From Candidatus Omnitrophota bacterium (GTDB lineage: Bacteria > Omnitrophota > Gorgyraeia > S143-82): 64,000 nt of DNA. Position numbers and translations under genes: made by a program. The first letter of the stretch is position 1, and each line of letters begins with the position of its first letter. The DNA is taken from assembly GCA_015494465.1 (NCBI GenBank), contig WGBD01000008.1:3485-67484 (forward strand), given 5' to 3'. The notes under the pieces were generated by a model. That model worked only from the letters and a program-made list of their open reading frames with translations, was not told the DNA's origin and made no database searches. Of this stretch, positions 7,288-18,469 are shown piece after piece.

Positions 7288-10017
7288 TCACTGGGAAAAG
7301 GCTATGCCAAATCTGTTCTGGTGATCCTCTTTAAGTGAATGGGCCAGGTAGACCCTCACCTGCCCCAGGCCGAGGTTGGACAAGAAAGACAAGTGGAGCC
7401 TTAGCCCCACACCCACCTCTGCGTACTCCTCCCCCTCGGAATAGCTCGAGTCCCATCCCGACCCTAAGGTGAAGAAGGCGTTGAGGTCCACCCTATCCAG
7501 ATCCACCCAGCCAGTCCTATAGCCATCCGCAGACGAATTCCACAACGGATAGAAGAGATCCAGTCCCGCCCAGGCCTGGTTGGCGTACTCCAGGCTCTCC
7601 TTCCGATAGCTCCTCATCGCCTCTTTACCTCCCAAGTAGAACATCGGATGATCCTCTTCGTCGGAAAGGCCGAGACATCCCCTAATACCCAACTCTAAAG
7701 GACCAAAGCGATAAGCAGAATCCAACCTCACCCAACCCCGGAGAAAGTCGGTCTCCCCAGATAAGAAGTGTCCACCTTTCTCGATACCTAATTGCCACCT
7801 CACCGGTCCAACCTCCTTCTCCAGGGCCAACCCCAGGTAGGCAAAGTCCTGTTCGGAGTAATAGACCCCCGAGTAGGGCTTCTGCCTCCACTCCCTGCCC
7901 AGGTAGAGGCGCAGGTTATCCCCCCGTTTGAAGGGATTGGCGGGAGGGAGTCCTAGATCCAGTTTTAGGTAGAGGTTCAGCTTGCGATGGAGGATGTCCG
8001 ACTCGTATATGTCGTCGTAAACATAGTTCAGTCCCAGCTCCAGCCACTTGCCGAAGAGGGCGGGCTTGCTAAAGTCAAAAAGATACGCCCTTTCACCCCC
8101 CGAGGGATCGTTTACCACTCCAGCAGACATCTTGAACTCGGTGGACGGGTTTACATAACTCAGCTTTCCTCCCACGCCCATCTGGTTGGCATAGGCACCC
8201 AAGCGCAGGGTGGCAGAGGGGTTGACCACTGGCAGGGAGTAGAGGAAGTGGTTCAACAAGGAGACCTTCTTCTCCACTGCCTTCCAGCGAGGATAGGTGT
8301 TGTCGTCCTCGTTTACCTCTAGGACCTCGTCGTCGGGATCCAGGACCGCCAGATCTACATCCTCCACTGGCAGAGAAAGGCCCTCACCATTCGAGATCCT
8401 CTTATCGATCACACCCCTCGAGTAGGTCTTCACCTTTACCTTCACCCCTCCCGGAGGCTCTGGGCCTTCCCTTACCAGGAGCAACCTTCCGTCCTCCCGT
8501 CTCCAGGAGTAATTCACCGCCTTATCCGAGAGGTAAAAATCCAGCGTACGGACCGCCTCATCCCCAAGGGACTGTCTTAGCAAGGCCCTGAAGTCCTTCA
8601 GGTGGGCGATCTTGCCTCGATAGGTGGAAAAGTACCTGCGCATCAGCTCGTGGAGCCTATCCCTGCCGAACCTCCGAGCCAGGATCTCCAAGGCCCGCTC
8701 TCCTTTACCGTAGGCGATGGCGAAGATCAACGAGGGCTCCTTGAACTTCCCGATCTCCCCCACTGCGGAGATTCGCTTGCCTCTCAGGGTCAGGTACCGC
8801 CACTTGTATATCCCCGACTGGGAGAAGGTGAAGTTGGGCATCACCCAGGACAACGGCTTGGGCAGGACCAACACCTCCGGATCTGGACCGTAGCGCCAGC
8901 GCAGGTACTGGCTCACCCAGTAGGAGTTTATCCCCTCGTCCATCCAGGTCTCTTTGTACTCGTCGGATCCAACCTGGTTATACCACCACTGGTGGCCTAG
9001 CTCGTGAACGACCAGGAATTCCTGATAGCGCTGGAGGACGAAGGGAAGGTCGTACACCCGCCGGTCCAACATTATCCCACAGCTGGTCTCGTTGCCTCCG
9101 TATCCGAGGTAGATGGGGATAACCGACAATTGAGGATAGGGATAAGGTCCTATCTCCCCAGAGAAGAATTCTAACCCCCGCTTGACTATCTGGGCGATCC
9201 CTTTCGCCTTCTCCAGCCTGTTCCCGATGTAATACACCAGGATCTTTACCCCGTCGTAGGCATCCTCGTAGACCCGGTACTTACTGGAAAACGCCAAATA
9301 AAAGTCCCGCAGGTAGCCTTCACCGGAGAAGTGCCAGGTAACCGATGCAGGATCCTCTCCCTCCTCTGGTCTGCTCGGCAAAGAGCCGGCAGGGACAAAC
9401 GATTTCGGCAGGCTCACCTTCACATCGTAGTGGGCCCACTGGCTTATGTAGGGCTGGTGGACCTTCAGGTCGGGATAGTCCAGGTACTTCCCGTTTTCGT
9501 AGACCGAAAGGATAGGGTAGAAACGGTAAAGGCTGTAGATCCCGTCCATCCTGCCGAATCGCCCCACCCTCCTGGGGATGTAGCACCAGAAGCGGATCTT
9601 TATCCGAATCCGTTCCGCAGGCAGGGCCCTGGTCTTCAAGACGAGGACGGTCTCGTCCTCCCCCCGGAACTCGAACGGGACCGCCTCCCCGTTTACCCGG
9701 ACCTCCTCTATCCCCGCCCGATTGGGATCGAACTTACCCCCAAAGGGATCCTCCACCGCAAAGTACTCTGCGTACCTGCGGTAGGCCTGGATCTCCTCTT
9801 CACTCCAGCGGTGATGGGGATAGAAGTGCAGGTGAACCTCCTTCAAGGTCTCCGCCCCAGGGGAGAAGCTTATGTCTTCCGCACAGTGTATCGCGTTCTC
9901 TTGGGTATCGAACCTGCAGACCAGGCGATAGTCGATGTCCGAGAAGTAGGCCTGGGCAAGAGGACCAATCCAGTTCACCAACAGGAATCCGAGTAGGATT
10001 ACTCCTTTTCTTCCCAT
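7288..10017 (-). CDS. Exported M1-family zinc aminopeptidase with C-terminal Omp85/BamA-like beta-barrel
   Basis: Signal peptide; HELGHQWW...WMDEG (HEXXH plus downstream E), YGKG; C-terminal amphipathic strands, FYLGGKEAMRSY loop, ends RFGIAFSQ. Confidence 0.75.
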   Translation of the reverse strand: MGRKGVILLGFLLVNWIGPLAQAYFSDIDYRLVCRFDTQENAIHCAEDISFSPGAETLKEVHLHFYPHHRWSEEEIQAYRRYAEYFAVEDPFGGKFDPNRAGIEEVRVNGEAVPFEFRGEDETVLVLKTRALPAERIRIKIRFWCYIPRRVGRFGRMDGIYSLYRFYPILSVYENGKYLDYPDLKVHQPYISQWAHYDVKVSLPKSFVPAGSLPSRPEEGEDPASVTWHFSGEGYLRDFYLAFSSKYRVYEDAYDGVKILVYYIGNRLEKAKGIAQIVKRGLEFFSGEIGPYPYPQLSVIPIYLGYGGNETSCGIMLDRRVYDLPFVLQRYQEFLVVHELGHQWWYNQVGSDEYKETWMDEGINSYWVSQYLRWRYGPDPEVLVLPKPLSWVMPNFTFSQSGIYKWRYLTLRGKRISAVGEIGKFKEPSLIFAIAYGKGERALEILARRFGRDRLHELMRRYFSTYRGKIAHLKDFRALLRQSLGDEAVRTLDFYLSDKAVNYSWRREDGRLLLVREGPEPPGGVKVKVKTYSRGVIDKRISNGEGLSLPVEDVDLAVLDPDDEVLEVNEDDNTYPRWKAVEKKVSLLNHFLYSLPVVNPSATLRLGAYANQMGVGGKLSYVNPSTEFKMSAGVVNDPSGGERAYLFDFSKPALFGKWLELGLNYVYDDIYESDILHRKLNLYLKLDLGLPPANPFKRGDNLRLYLGREWRQKPYSGVYYSEQDFAYLGLALEKEVGPVRWQLGIEKGGHFLSGETDFLRGWVRLDSAYRFGPLELGIRGCLGLSDEEDHPMFYLGGKEAMRSYRKESLEYANQAWAGLDLFYPLWNSSADGYRTGWVDLDRVDLNAFFTLGSGWDSSYSEGEEYAEVGVGLRLHLSFLSNLGLGQVRVYLAHSLKEDHQNRFGIAFSQ

Positions 10018-11270
10018 AGCTCAGCTCCTAATCCTTTGAGCTTTTCCTTTAGGCGTTCGTATCCCCTTTCCAGGTGGTATATGCGGGATATGTCCGTCCT
10101 GCCCTTGGCGGACAGACCTGCCAAGACCAGGGCTGCCGAGGCCCGCAGGTCGGAGGCCATGACCGGGGCCCCCTTGAGGTGGCGGACCCCCTGGACCACT
10201 GCGTAAGGCCCTTCCCTCTTAATGTTTGCGCCCATGCGGTTGAGCTCCGGGACATGCATAAACCTGTCGGGATAGATCCGCTCGGTGATGACGCTGGTCC
10301 CGTCCGCGATGGACATCATCGCCATGAACTGGGCCTGTAGGTCGGTGGGGAATCCAGGATAAGGCAGGGTAGCTACATTCTGAGAGATTATCCTTCGCTT
10401 GCCCTTTACCCGTATCCTGCCGTCTCTGTACACCTTCAACCCCACACCTGTGCGCTTCAAGAGGTCCAGAACCGCCCCCAGGTGCTGGGGATCGGCTCCC
10501 TTCAGCACCACATCACCCCGGGTCATCGCCCCAGCGATGAGGAATGTACCCGCCTCTATCCTGTCGGGTATGACGGTGTGTTCTGCCCCGGTAAGCCTTT
10601 TTACCCCCTCTATGCGGATCCAAGGCGTGCCAGCCCCCGAGATCTTGGCCCCCATCTTGTTCAAGAATCGGGCGAGGTCCTCTATCTCCGGCTCGCAGGC
10701 AGCGTTCTCTATGATCGTCACCCCATCCGCAAGGGTGCTGGCCATCATCACATTGGCGGTGGCCAAGACCGAAGAACCGAACATACCCCCGAGGTATATC
10801 TTCGCCCCCTTCAGTCCCCGCGTCGAGGCTATCACATACCCGCCCTCAACCTTTATCTGGGCCCCTAGCTCCGCCAGGCCCTTAAGATGCAGGTCCACCG
10901 GCCGGACCCCTATCACGCACCCACCGGGTAGAGAGACCTGTGCCCGCTTGTGTCGGGCCAACAGCGGACCCAACACGCAGAAGGACCCCCGCATGGTCCG
11001 GACTATGGAATAAGGGGCAAGGGTCTTCTTCGCCCTCCTAGGGGTAATGGTCAGGGTCGGGTAGTCCTCCTTCACCTCCATGCCCAAGACCCGCAGGAGC
11101 CGAGCCATGGTCTCTACATCCTTTAATCTGGGAACATTGTGGAGAACGCACCTCTCCTGGGCCAGCAGGGCTCCGGCCATGATGGGTAAGGTCGCGTTCT
11201 TGGAGCCGCTTATCTGGACCTCACCCGAGAGCCTTACCGGACCCACCAGTACCAACTTCCTTATCTTCAT
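9999..11270 (-). CDS. murA: UDP-N-acetylglucosamine 1-carboxyvinyltransferase
   Basis: GSKNA, LPGGCVIGVRPVDLH, ACEPE, PDRIEAGT, PGFPTDLQ, DLRASAAL. Confidence 0.98.
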   Translation of the reverse strand: MKIRKLVLVGPVRLSGEVQISGSKNATLPIMAGALLAQERCVLHNVPRLKDVETMARLLRVLGMEVKEDYPTLTITPRRAKKTLAPYSIVRTMRGSFCVLGPLLARHKRAQVSLPGGCVIGVRPVDLHLKGLAELGAQIKVEGGYVIASTRGLKGAKIYLGGMFGSSVLATANVMMASTLADGVTIIENAACEPEIEDLARFLNKMGAKISGAGTPWIRIEGVKRLTGAEHTVIPDRIEAGTFLIAGAMTRGDVVLKGADPQHLGAVLDLLKRTGVGLKVYRDGRIRVKGKRRIISQNVATLPYPGFPTDLQAQFMAMMSIADGTSVITERIYPDRFMHVPELNRMGANIKREGPYAVVQGVRHLKGAPVMASDLRASAALVLAGLSAKGRTDISRIYHLERGYERLKEKLKGLGAELWEEKE

Positions 11271-11764
11271 ATCTCAACCACCACCGGAAACCCTTCTACC
11301 ACGAATTCGTAGATCGCCTCTGGGCCAAGCTCGGGATAGGCAACCACCTGGGCCCTCACCACCCTCTGGGCCAGATAGGCCCCTGCCCCTCCAGGGGCGA
11401 TCAGGTAGCGGATCCCCGCCTTCTTAAAGGTCCTGCCCGCAGACGGCGAACGCTCGCCCTTGCCTATCAGGCCCACCACCCCCAGTTTCTCCATCACATC
11501 CGCGTACTTATCCATTCGATAGGAACTGGTGGGACCGCAAGAGCCCACGACCATCCCCTCAGGCGCAGGGGTTGGCCCGCAGTAGTAGATCACCTTTCCC
11601 CGGAGGTCGATGGGCGGTTCCCCTCGGGACAGATCCTCTCTCAACCTACGATGGGCCTGATCCCGGGCGGTGTACAACGGGCCGTCCAGCAAGAGCAGAT
11701 CTCCCTTTCGCGCGGACCTCAAGGCCTTTATCCCCTCTGGGCTCCTCAGGTCTATCCTCCTCAC
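11267..11764 (-). CDS. Fe-S hydro-lyase (fumarate hydratase/tartrate dehydratase) beta subunit
   Basis: YTARDQAH, IYYCGP, GPTSSYRM, IGKG, LGPEAI; GTG start at 11764 overlaps the alpha-subunit stop. Confidence 0.9.
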   Translation of the reverse strand: MRRIDLRSPEGIKALRSARKGDLLLLDGPLYTARDQAHRRLREDLSRGEPPIDLRGKVIYYCGPTPAPEGMVVGSCGPTSSYRMDKYADVMEKLGVVGLIGKGERSPSAGRTFKKAGIRYLIAPGGAGAYLAQRVVRAQVVAYPELGPEAIYEFVVEGFPVVVEI

Positions 11765-12594
11765 ATCAGCACCTCTCCCCAGCGAGTGGAATGACAACCG
11801 ATGTTTACGCCTACCGGGAGGCCCGCTATGTGGGTGGGGGCAGAGAGGATGTTCACCCCCAACACGGTCGGGCCTTCCCCTAGGCCCAATACGCCTATAC
11901 CCAATCGATTCGCCTTCTCCTTTATATCTCGGGCCAGCTCGGGGTACTCACCCCGGTAAGGCCCGTCTATCCTCAGGCACAGCGCCCTCTTGGCCAGGGA
12001 CATCGCCCTATCCGAGGTCCCGCCTATCCCAACTCCCACCACGAAGGGGGGACAGGCAGAGGCACCCGCAGAGCCTATAGTAGATACCACCGCATCCACT
12101 ATCTCCTCCCTTTTGGCAGTGGGCAGGAGCATGTGGAGGCGAGACTTGTTTTCACTGCCGAAGCCCTTGGCCAGGACCACTATACGGGTGCGTTTGCGCC
12201 TAGTGGGCTCCAGGTGTATCAAGGCAGGCGCCCACCCAGGGGGCGTGCGCTCCACTGGATCCCTCACTACCGACGGGCGCAGGTGGGCGTCCTTGTAGGC
12301 CCTCTCCACTGCCCGATTTACCTCTCCCACCAGATCGCCCTGGATGCAGGTGTCTTTCCCTAATTCAACGAAGACGATTACCAGCCCAGTGTCCTGGCAG
12401 AGCGGAAGTCCGGTCTTGCGGGCTATCCGGGCATTCTCGATGAGGGCGGACAAGAAGACCCGAGCGGATTCGGATCTCACTTCGGCAAGGGCCGACTGCA
12501 ATGCCCTGCGTATGTCGGGCCGGATGCAGGTGTTGACCTTTACGCAAAGCTCGTATACCTTCCCCGCAACATCCTTGGCCCGTAATCGTCTCAT
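11761..12594 (-). CDS. Fe-S hydro-lyase (class I fumarate hydratase) alpha subunit
   Basis: PLCQDTG, KGFGSEN, ACPPFVVGVGIGGT, PTHIAGLPVGVNIGCH. Confidence 0.92.
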   Translation of the reverse strand: MRRLRAKDVAGKVYELCVKVNTCIRPDIRRALQSALAEVRSESARVFLSALIENARIARKTGLPLCQDTGLVIVFVELGKDTCIQGDLVGEVNRAVERAYKDAHLRPSVVRDPVERTPPGWAPALIHLEPTRRKRTRIVVLAKGFGSENKSRLHMLLPTAKREEIVDAVVSTIGSAGASACPPFVVGVGIGGTSDRAMSLAKRALCLRIDGPYRGEYPELARDIKEKANRLGIGVLGLGEGPTVLGVNILSAPTHIAGLPVGVNIGCHSTRWGEVLM

Positions 12595-12600
12595 CGAAAA

Positions 12601-13746
12601 CTACACGCCTGCCTTTTCCCTCAAGAGCTCCACCTTGTCGGTCCGCTCCCAAGTAAACTCCGGCAGTTCCCTCCCGAAGTGCCCGTAAGCGGAGGTCTTG
12701 TAGTAGATCGGCCTCAACAGGTCCAGGGTCTGGATTATACCCCTGGGAGTGAGGTCGAAGACCTCGTTTATTATCTCGACGATCCTCTCCTCGGGAATCT
12801 TACCCGTGCCGAAGGTGTTAACCATCACCGAAAGGGGCCTGGCCACGCCTATCACATAGGCGAATTGGACCTCACACCTGTCCGCTATCCCCGAAGCGAC
12901 GATGTTCTTGGCGACATATCTGGCCATGTAGGCCCCAGACCGGTCCACCTTCGTGGGGTCCTTGCCAGAAAAGCACCCCCCTCCGTGGCGCCCCATCCCC
13001 CCGTATGTATCCACTATCACCTTGCGCCCGGTGAGACCGGTATCCGCAGCCGGCCCACCGATCTCAAACCTGCCGGTGGCATTGATGTGTATCTCGAGGG
13101 TGGCGGGATCGTACATCTCTCCAGGCAAGACCTGGTAGATGACCTCCCTTTTTATGTCCTCGCGGAGTTGTTCTATGTCGATCCCCGGGGCGTGGTGGGC
13201 ACTGACCACCACATTCACTATCCTAACTGGGCGGTAACCCTCGTACTCTACCGTCACTTGGGTCTTTCCGTCCGGTCGCAGGTAATTTAGAATACCCTGC
13301 TTGCGCACCTCGGTAAGGCGCATGGCCAACCTGTGGGCCAGATATATGGGCATGGGCATGAGCACATCGGTCTCGTTGCAGGCGAAACCGAACATCATAC
13401 CCTGATCTCCCGCCCCACCGGTGTCTACTCCCATCGCGATGTCCGGGGACTGCCTCTGAATTGCCAACACGATCCCAGAGTTGTCCGCAGAGAAACCCGT
13501 CTCCTCAGAGGTGTAACCTATGTCCCGCAAGGCCCCCCTGGCGGTCTCGATTATGTCCACCGTGGCATTGCTGGTGATCTCACCGGCTATTATCCCGAAT
13601 CCTCTGGTCAACAGGACCTCGCAGGCTACCCTGCTGTTGGGGTCCTGGGATATGTATCCGTCCAGGATCGCATCCGATATCTTGTCCGCCACCTTATCCG
13701 GATGCCCCTCAGTAACCGACTCCGAGGTAAAGAGAAACCTGCTCAT
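12601..13746 (-). CDS. metK: S-adenosylmethionine synthetase
   Basis: [35 protein letters not shown]. Confidence 0.98.
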   Translation of the reverse strand: MSRFLFTSESVTEGHPDKVADKISDAILDGYISQDPNSRVACEVLLTRGFGIIAGEITSNATVDIIETARGALRDIGYTSEETGFSADNSGIVLAIQRQSPDIAMGVDTGGAGDQGMMFGFACNETDVLMPMPIYLAHRLAMRLTEVRKQGILNYLRPDGKTQVTVEYEGYRPVRIVNVVVSAHHAPGIDIEQLREDIKREVIYQVLPGEMYDPATLEIHINATGRFEIGGPAADTGLTGRKVIVDTYGGMGRHGGGCFSGKDPTKVDRSGAYMARYVAKNIVASGIADRCEVQFAYVIGVARPLSVMVNTFGTGKIPEERIVEIINEVFDLTPRGIIQTLDLLRPIYYKTSAYGHFGRELPEFTWERTDKVELLREKAGV

Positions 13747-14489
13747 CGCCCCCTCCTTTTGGTGAAGTAGTCGTTGGCCTCTTCATAGGCCTCTAGCGAA
13801 CCTATGTCAAACCACCTCCCCTTGAACACATAACCGACGACCTCGTCGGTCTCCACCAAGAACTTCAAGAAGTTTCCTATCGCATCCCTTGGCCGGCTCT
13901 CGTCTGCCCAGTAGTCGTAGACCTTGGAGATCTTTCCTTCTGGGAAAAAGTAAAGGCACATCCCTATCAGGGAACTCTTCGGATGGTCAGGCTTTTCTTC
14001 GAAGCCAATCACCCTTCCACCTCCACCAAGCTCCACCACACCAAACGACTTGGCCTTTTCCAGAGAACCTATGTCGTAGACCCCCAGCCCGATGGCAGAC
14101 CTACTCCGGGCAAACTCCACGAAGCCCTTCAGGGAGTCCTCCCAGATGTTGTCTCCACCTGCTACCAAGACCTCCCCCGAGATCTCGCGACTGTCAAGGG
14201 CAAACTTAAGATCCCCGATCGCCCCCAAGCGATCCTCGTTGGTAGTGGAACCGTCGTCGAGGACCACCAATCCGGGATAACTCTTTTCCTCCTGCCAGCG
14301 CAGAAAGTGCTGGTAAAACCTGTGGTTGGCGACCAGCACGACCTCCTCTATGTCCAGGCTGGAATAGAGGTCGTCGAGAAGGTACTCTATTATCGGTCGA
14401 CCCGCCACCGGAAGCAACGGCTTGGGGGTGTTCTCCGTCAAGGGACGCAACCTAGTACCGTATCCTGCGCACAAGAGTATCACCTTCAT
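13743..14489 (-). CDS. Sugar-phosphate nucleotidyltransferase family protein
   Basis: [30 protein letters not shown]. Confidence 0.9.
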   Translation of the reverse strand: MKVILLCAGYGTRLRPLTENTPKPLLPVAGRPIIEYLLDDLYSSLDIEEVVLVANHRFYQHFLRWQEEKSYPGLVVLDDGSTTNEDRLGAIGDLKFALDSREISGEVLVAGGDNIWEDSLKGFVEFARSRSAIGLGVYDIGSLEKAKSFGVVELGGGGRVIGFEEKPDHPKSSLIGMCLYFFPEGKISKVYDYWADESRPRDAIGNFLKFLVETDEVVGYVFKGRWFDIGSLEAYEEANDYFTKRRGR

Positions 14490-14492
14490 GGA

Positions 14493-16301
14493 CTACTTCC
14501 TCTTCTTGAGCCAGGGAGAGACATCCCTCAGCTCACAGACCGTATCCTTTAGACACCGATTCAGGAGGCCATCTAGGGTAGAGGTGAGATACTCCTCCAC
14601 CTCGTCCGCTGAACCCTTGGATAAGGCCTCCTCTGCCACCTTCTTTGCCTCTTCGTAGGTGACATTCCTTATGACATACTTTATCTTAGGCACTGAGATG
14701 GGCGGGGCGCTGAACTCGTCCAGGCCCAGCCCCAACAGCAAGACCACCAACGGCAGTTCGCCTGCCATCTCCCCGCACATACCCACCCATATCCCGTTGG
14801 CGTGGGCGTTGTCTATGGTAAGTTTGATCAGGCGCAGGATGGCCAAGTGGGTGGGACGGTAGAGATAGGCAACCTTCTCGTTCGCTCGATCTACCGCGAG
14901 GGTGTACTGGACCAGATCGTTGGTCCCTATGCTGAAGAAGTCCACCTCCTTGGCCAAGAGGTCCGAGGTAACCGCAGCCGAGGGAACCTCTATCATCGCC
15001 CCTATCTCTATGTCCTTGTCGTAATCGATCTTTTTACGAGAGAGCTCCCGTTTTACCTCTGCCAGGATCTTCTTGGCGGAATGGAGCTCCTCGATGCAAG
15101 ATATCATCGGGAACATCAACTTCACATTACCGTAAGCGCTGGCCCGCAAGATCGCCCTCAACTGGACCTTGAAGATGTCGGGACGGGCCAGACAGAACCT
15201 TATCGCCCGCCATCCCAAAAAGGAGTGCATCTCTTGGGGCATGTCTATCTGGGACAGGAACTTGTCTCCCCCTATGTCCAAGGTCCGTATTATCACTGGA
15301 TTGGGTTTCAGACGCTCTGCGATGTGTCTGTAGACCTCAAACTGTTCTTCCTCTGAGGGCAGGTCCTGACGACCCATGTAGAGGAACTCGGTGCGGAACA
15401 GTCCAACCCCTTCTGCGTGGTGACTGATCACCGATTCCACCTCGGAAGGGAATTCCATGTTTGCGGAAACGGTCACCCTCCTACCGTCGAGGGTCTCCGC
15501 GGGGAGGTCCCCTAACATGCTCTCCAATTGGCGCACGGAGACCAGCGTCTTGTCCTTCTCCTTCTGGTAGCGTTGGAGAGTCTTGGAGTCGGGATTTATT
15601 ATTACCTTCCCTTCGTCACCGTCGACGATGAGGAGGTCCCCCGGTTTTATAACCCGGGTGGCTATCCCCAGACCCACAACCGCGGGTATCTCTAGAGACT
15701 TGGCTATGATTGCGGTGTGGGAGGTCTTACCACCTATGTCAGTGATAAAGGCCAGGAGGTTTTCCTTGGACATGGTGGCGGTATCCGAAGGGGATAGATC
15801 GTGGGCCACAAGAATAGACGGCTCAGGGAGCTCCAAGACATGGCCTTTGTCCTGCTCTAGGAGGTGCTTGAGTATCCTCTTGCCCACATCACTGATGTCC
15901 GCGGTCCTCTCTCGGATGTAGTCGTCTTCCATCTGGGAGAAGGCGTTTATGTACTTCTTAAGGACCTGAGAGAAGATGTATTCCACACAGAGCTTCTTCT
16001 TCTTGAGCTCGTTTATCACCTCCTCTATGAGCATCCTGTCCTCTAAGAGCAAGAGGTGGGCCTCAAATATCTTAGCGGAAGAGGCCCCTTTCTTGGCAAG
16101 GGACTTCTGCAGTTCCATTATCTCCTTGCGGGTCTTTATAAGGGCCTCTTCAAAACGGGCGAGTTCCTTGGGGATGTCTTCCTCTCGGATCTTTCGACGA
16201 TATATAACGAACTCCGGCCTGCCGTAGAGATAGGCAGGACCTATCGCTATCCCGGGCGATGCAGGTATGCCTTCTAAGACTCTATTCTGTTGGGTCTTCA
16301 T
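14493..16301 (-). CDS. ptsI: PTS enzyme I (phosphoenolpyruvate-protein phosphotransferase)
   Basis: GGKTSHTAIIA (phospho-His), GLFRTEFLY, RTLDIGGDK, FSIGTNDL, CGEMAG. Confidence 0.97.
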   Translation of the reverse strand: MKTQQNRVLEGIPASPGIAIGPAYLYGRPEFVIYRRKIREEDIPKELARFEEALIKTRKEIMELQKSLAKKGASSAKIFEAHLLLLEDRMLIEEVINELKKKKLCVEYIFSQVLKKYINAFSQMEDDYIRERTADISDVGKRILKHLLEQDKGHVLELPEPSILVAHDLSPSDTATMSKENLLAFITDIGGKTSHTAIIAKSLEIPAVVGLGIATRVIKPGDLLIVDGDEGKVIINPDSKTLQRYQKEKDKTLVSVRQLESMLGDLPAETLDGRRVTVSANMEFPSEVESVISHHAEGVGLFRTEFLYMGRQDLPSEEEQFEVYRHIAERLKPNPVIIRTLDIGGDKFLSQIDMPQEMHSFLGWRAIRFCLARPDIFKVQLRAILRASAYGNVKLMFPMISCIEELHSAKKILAEVKRELSRKKIDYDKDIEIGAMIEVPSAAVTSDLLAKEVDFFSIGTNDLVQYTLAVDRANEKVAYLYRPTHLAILRLIKLTIDNAHANGIWVGMCGEMAGELPLVVLLLGLGLDEFSAPPISVPKIKYVIRNVTYEEAKKVAEEALSKGSADEVEEYLTSTLDGLLNRCLKDTVCELRDVSPWLKKRK

Positions 16302-16551
16302 TTTCCAGTAATTGCTGTATCTCCTCCATCGCAGACTCTGCAGATTCCCCTTCCACGGTCACCCGAACTACCGATCCCTTGCCCGCTTCCAGCATCAGGA
16401 TCCCCATTATAGACTTCCCGTCGACTACGGTATTCCCCTTCTGCAGGGTAACATCTACCCCGTGCTTATTGGCTATCTGCACCAATAAGGCCGCTGGTCG
16501 GGCGTGAAGCCCTTGAGGGTTCTTTATTTTTATGTCCTTTTGTATTTTCAC
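16282..16551 (-). CDS. ptsH: Phosphocarrier protein HPr
   Basis: GLHARPA (His15) and KSIMG (Ser46). Confidence 0.96.
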   Translation of the reverse strand: MKIQKDIKIKNPQGLHARPAALLVQIANKHGVDVTLQKGNTVVDGKSIMGILMLEAGKGSVVRVTVEGESAESAMEEIQQLLENEDPTE

Positions 16552-16576
16552 CGTTAATGGTGTCCTACCTCACTGG

Positions 16577-18469
16577 TCAAGCCAATTCCAGTATAAGGTG
16601 CAACTCGTCGCCATCTAACCGGATAGGCCACAACAAGACTAGACAACTGCCCTGAAAAGTGGCCTCTATCCCCTCTTCGGAGTCGGATACCGTCTGCACC
16701 GGGTAATGGACTACTTTAAAGGGCTTATTAGCAGTATGTAATATATTTATACCATACCATTTATCGTTAAACCAGAATTCTTTGGTCTCTTCAGATATAC
16801 CCGTGCCGGAAGAATACCTTTCGTCGTAAAGGGAGTAATTGAACTCCAGGGCGTAGATCCCTTCACCGGTCCCTGAGGAGAACTTGAGGTCGCATATGAC
16901 CTGTTTATTCCCCACCCGCAGGCGCATCTCACTCAACAGGGCCCCTTCCGCGGTTAGATGCTCCTTCTTGACATAGAGTGCATCCCCCTCTAGACCGCTC
17001 TCTAGAACCCTACCCAGATCCGACTTCAAGTGCTCGTGAGCGAAAAAGTCACTGGGATTTATCCCGTTTGCCAGGTATCCCAGCATAGATGCCCGCGGGT
17101 ACTTGTCGTACTTGAGGATGGACAGGTCTGAGACCTTGGACATGTTCAAGTCGTGTATGCTTACCACCCCTTCCGGAGTGCAGGACTGATTCGTCTTCTG
17201 CCTGAGCTTTTCGTGATAGGGCTCGTACCTGCGGGTGAGGACATTGGATACATTGACCGCCTTATCCGCCAGGTCCCACTCCAAGATGTGCCCAGCATCG
17301 GAGAAGATCACCTTTTGCTGGTCCGAGGATAGGATCCACTCCTGCCTACCGTCGCAATCGTAGTCTAGACCCACCGGAGGGGTCTTGAACCTACCCGCAC
17401 TCACCTCGGCCAGGATGAGGTTGGAGTAGACGGCGGACCTAAGGTGGTTCAGGTAGAGCCCTCCAAAGACCCCGTGCCAATAGCCACAGTTGCACTGGGC
17501 CTTGTAGAGGTGGGTCTTTGCGGGTGCCTCGTCGGGAAGATCCGCTAAAGAGGCGCTCACCAGGAGCATCCTCTTGTGCATGCGGTTGGACTCCGGGTAC
17601 TTCACCAAAAAGTTGCGGAAGTATCCTCCCGACCACTCCAACATCTCCCGGTAGCTCACGCACGGCAGGTATATCAATCCCGAAGGTGGAAAGCGCCTTA
17701 TGTACTCACTAAAGGTCAGGGTCTCTATCCAATCGCAGGATTCGATGGCAGAAAAGAACTTCTCCAACCATCCTTCCTGATAGACCCACTTGTGGGTCCC
17801 GGGCCACATGCCGAACTTCTCACCGTCGTCCCCAAATGTTATCCCTCGAAATCCTGCCTCCAACTTTGAGCGGAGGTAGGTTACGGTTTCCTCTGGTAAC
17901 TTGAACGGCATGTAGTACCTCAGCCTCTCCGAAGTGGGAAAGACGAAGAGGCGTTTGTTCTCGTCCTCAGAGACATAATATCCGTCCAGAGACTCTACAT
18001 CCCTCCCAACCGAGGCGAAGTGACTGTCGTCGACTATAGTAAACTTGACCCCTGCCTGGGAAAGGATGGCGGGGACCTTCGGCTCCCAGATCCTCTCCGC
18101 CAGCCAGGCCCCATTCGGGGAGCAACCGAATCTATCCACCACATACTCGGAGAGCCTCTTCACCTGTGAGAGGGCATCCTGTTCGGGCAGTAAGGTGAGG
18201 ATGGGTTCGTAGAATCCACCAGTAAGGACCTCTACCTGTCCTCGTTCCACCAATGCCCTTATCCGATCCAAGAACTCAGGATGGCGACTCTCTAGCCACT
18301 CCAAGAGCGGACCAGTGTAGTGTAAGGCAAGGCGGATATTTGGATGCCTCTCTAATACATCCAGAAACGGCCTATAGGCTACATCGTAACCGTGAGCAAA
18401 GACGCTTTCGAAGTTCCCCACTGGTTGATGGCAGTGTATCGCCATCAAGAGGTAGATCTTATCCCCCAT
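16577..18469 (-). CDS. GH57 alpha-amylase/4-alpha-glucanotransferase
   Basis: HCHQPVGNF, GGFYEPIL, WLAERIWEP, GDDGEKFG, QCNCGYWHGVFGGLY. Confidence 0.93.
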   Translation of the reverse strand: MGDKIYLLMAIHCHQPVGNFESVFAHGYDVAYRPFLDVLERHPNIRLALHYTGPLLEWLESRHPEFLDRIRALVERGQVEVLTGGFYEPILTLLPEQDALSQVKRLSEYVVDRFGCSPNGAWLAERIWEPKVPAILSQAGVKFTIVDDSHFASVGRDVESLDGYYVSEDENKRLFVFPTSERLRYYMPFKLPEETVTYLRSKLEAGFRGITFGDDGEKFGMWPGTHKWVYQEGWLEKFFSAIESCDWIETLTFSEYIRRFPPSGLIYLPCVSYREMLEWSGGYFRNFLVKYPESNRMHKRMLLVSASLADLPDEAPAKTHLYKAQCNCGYWHGVFGGLYLNHLRSAVYSNLILAEVSAGRFKTPPVGLDYDCDGRQEWILSSDQQKVIFSDAGHILEWDLADKAVNVSNVLTRRYEPYHEKLRQKTNQSCTPEGVVSIHDLNMSKVSDLSILKYDKYPRASMLGYLANGINPSDFFAHEHLKSDLGRVLESGLEGDALYVKKEHLTAEGALLSEMRLRVGNKQVICDLKFSSGTGEGIYALEFNYSLYDERYSSGTGISEETKEFWFNDKWYGINILHTANKPFKVVHYPVQTVSDSEEGIEATFQGSCLVLLWPIRLDGDELHLILELA

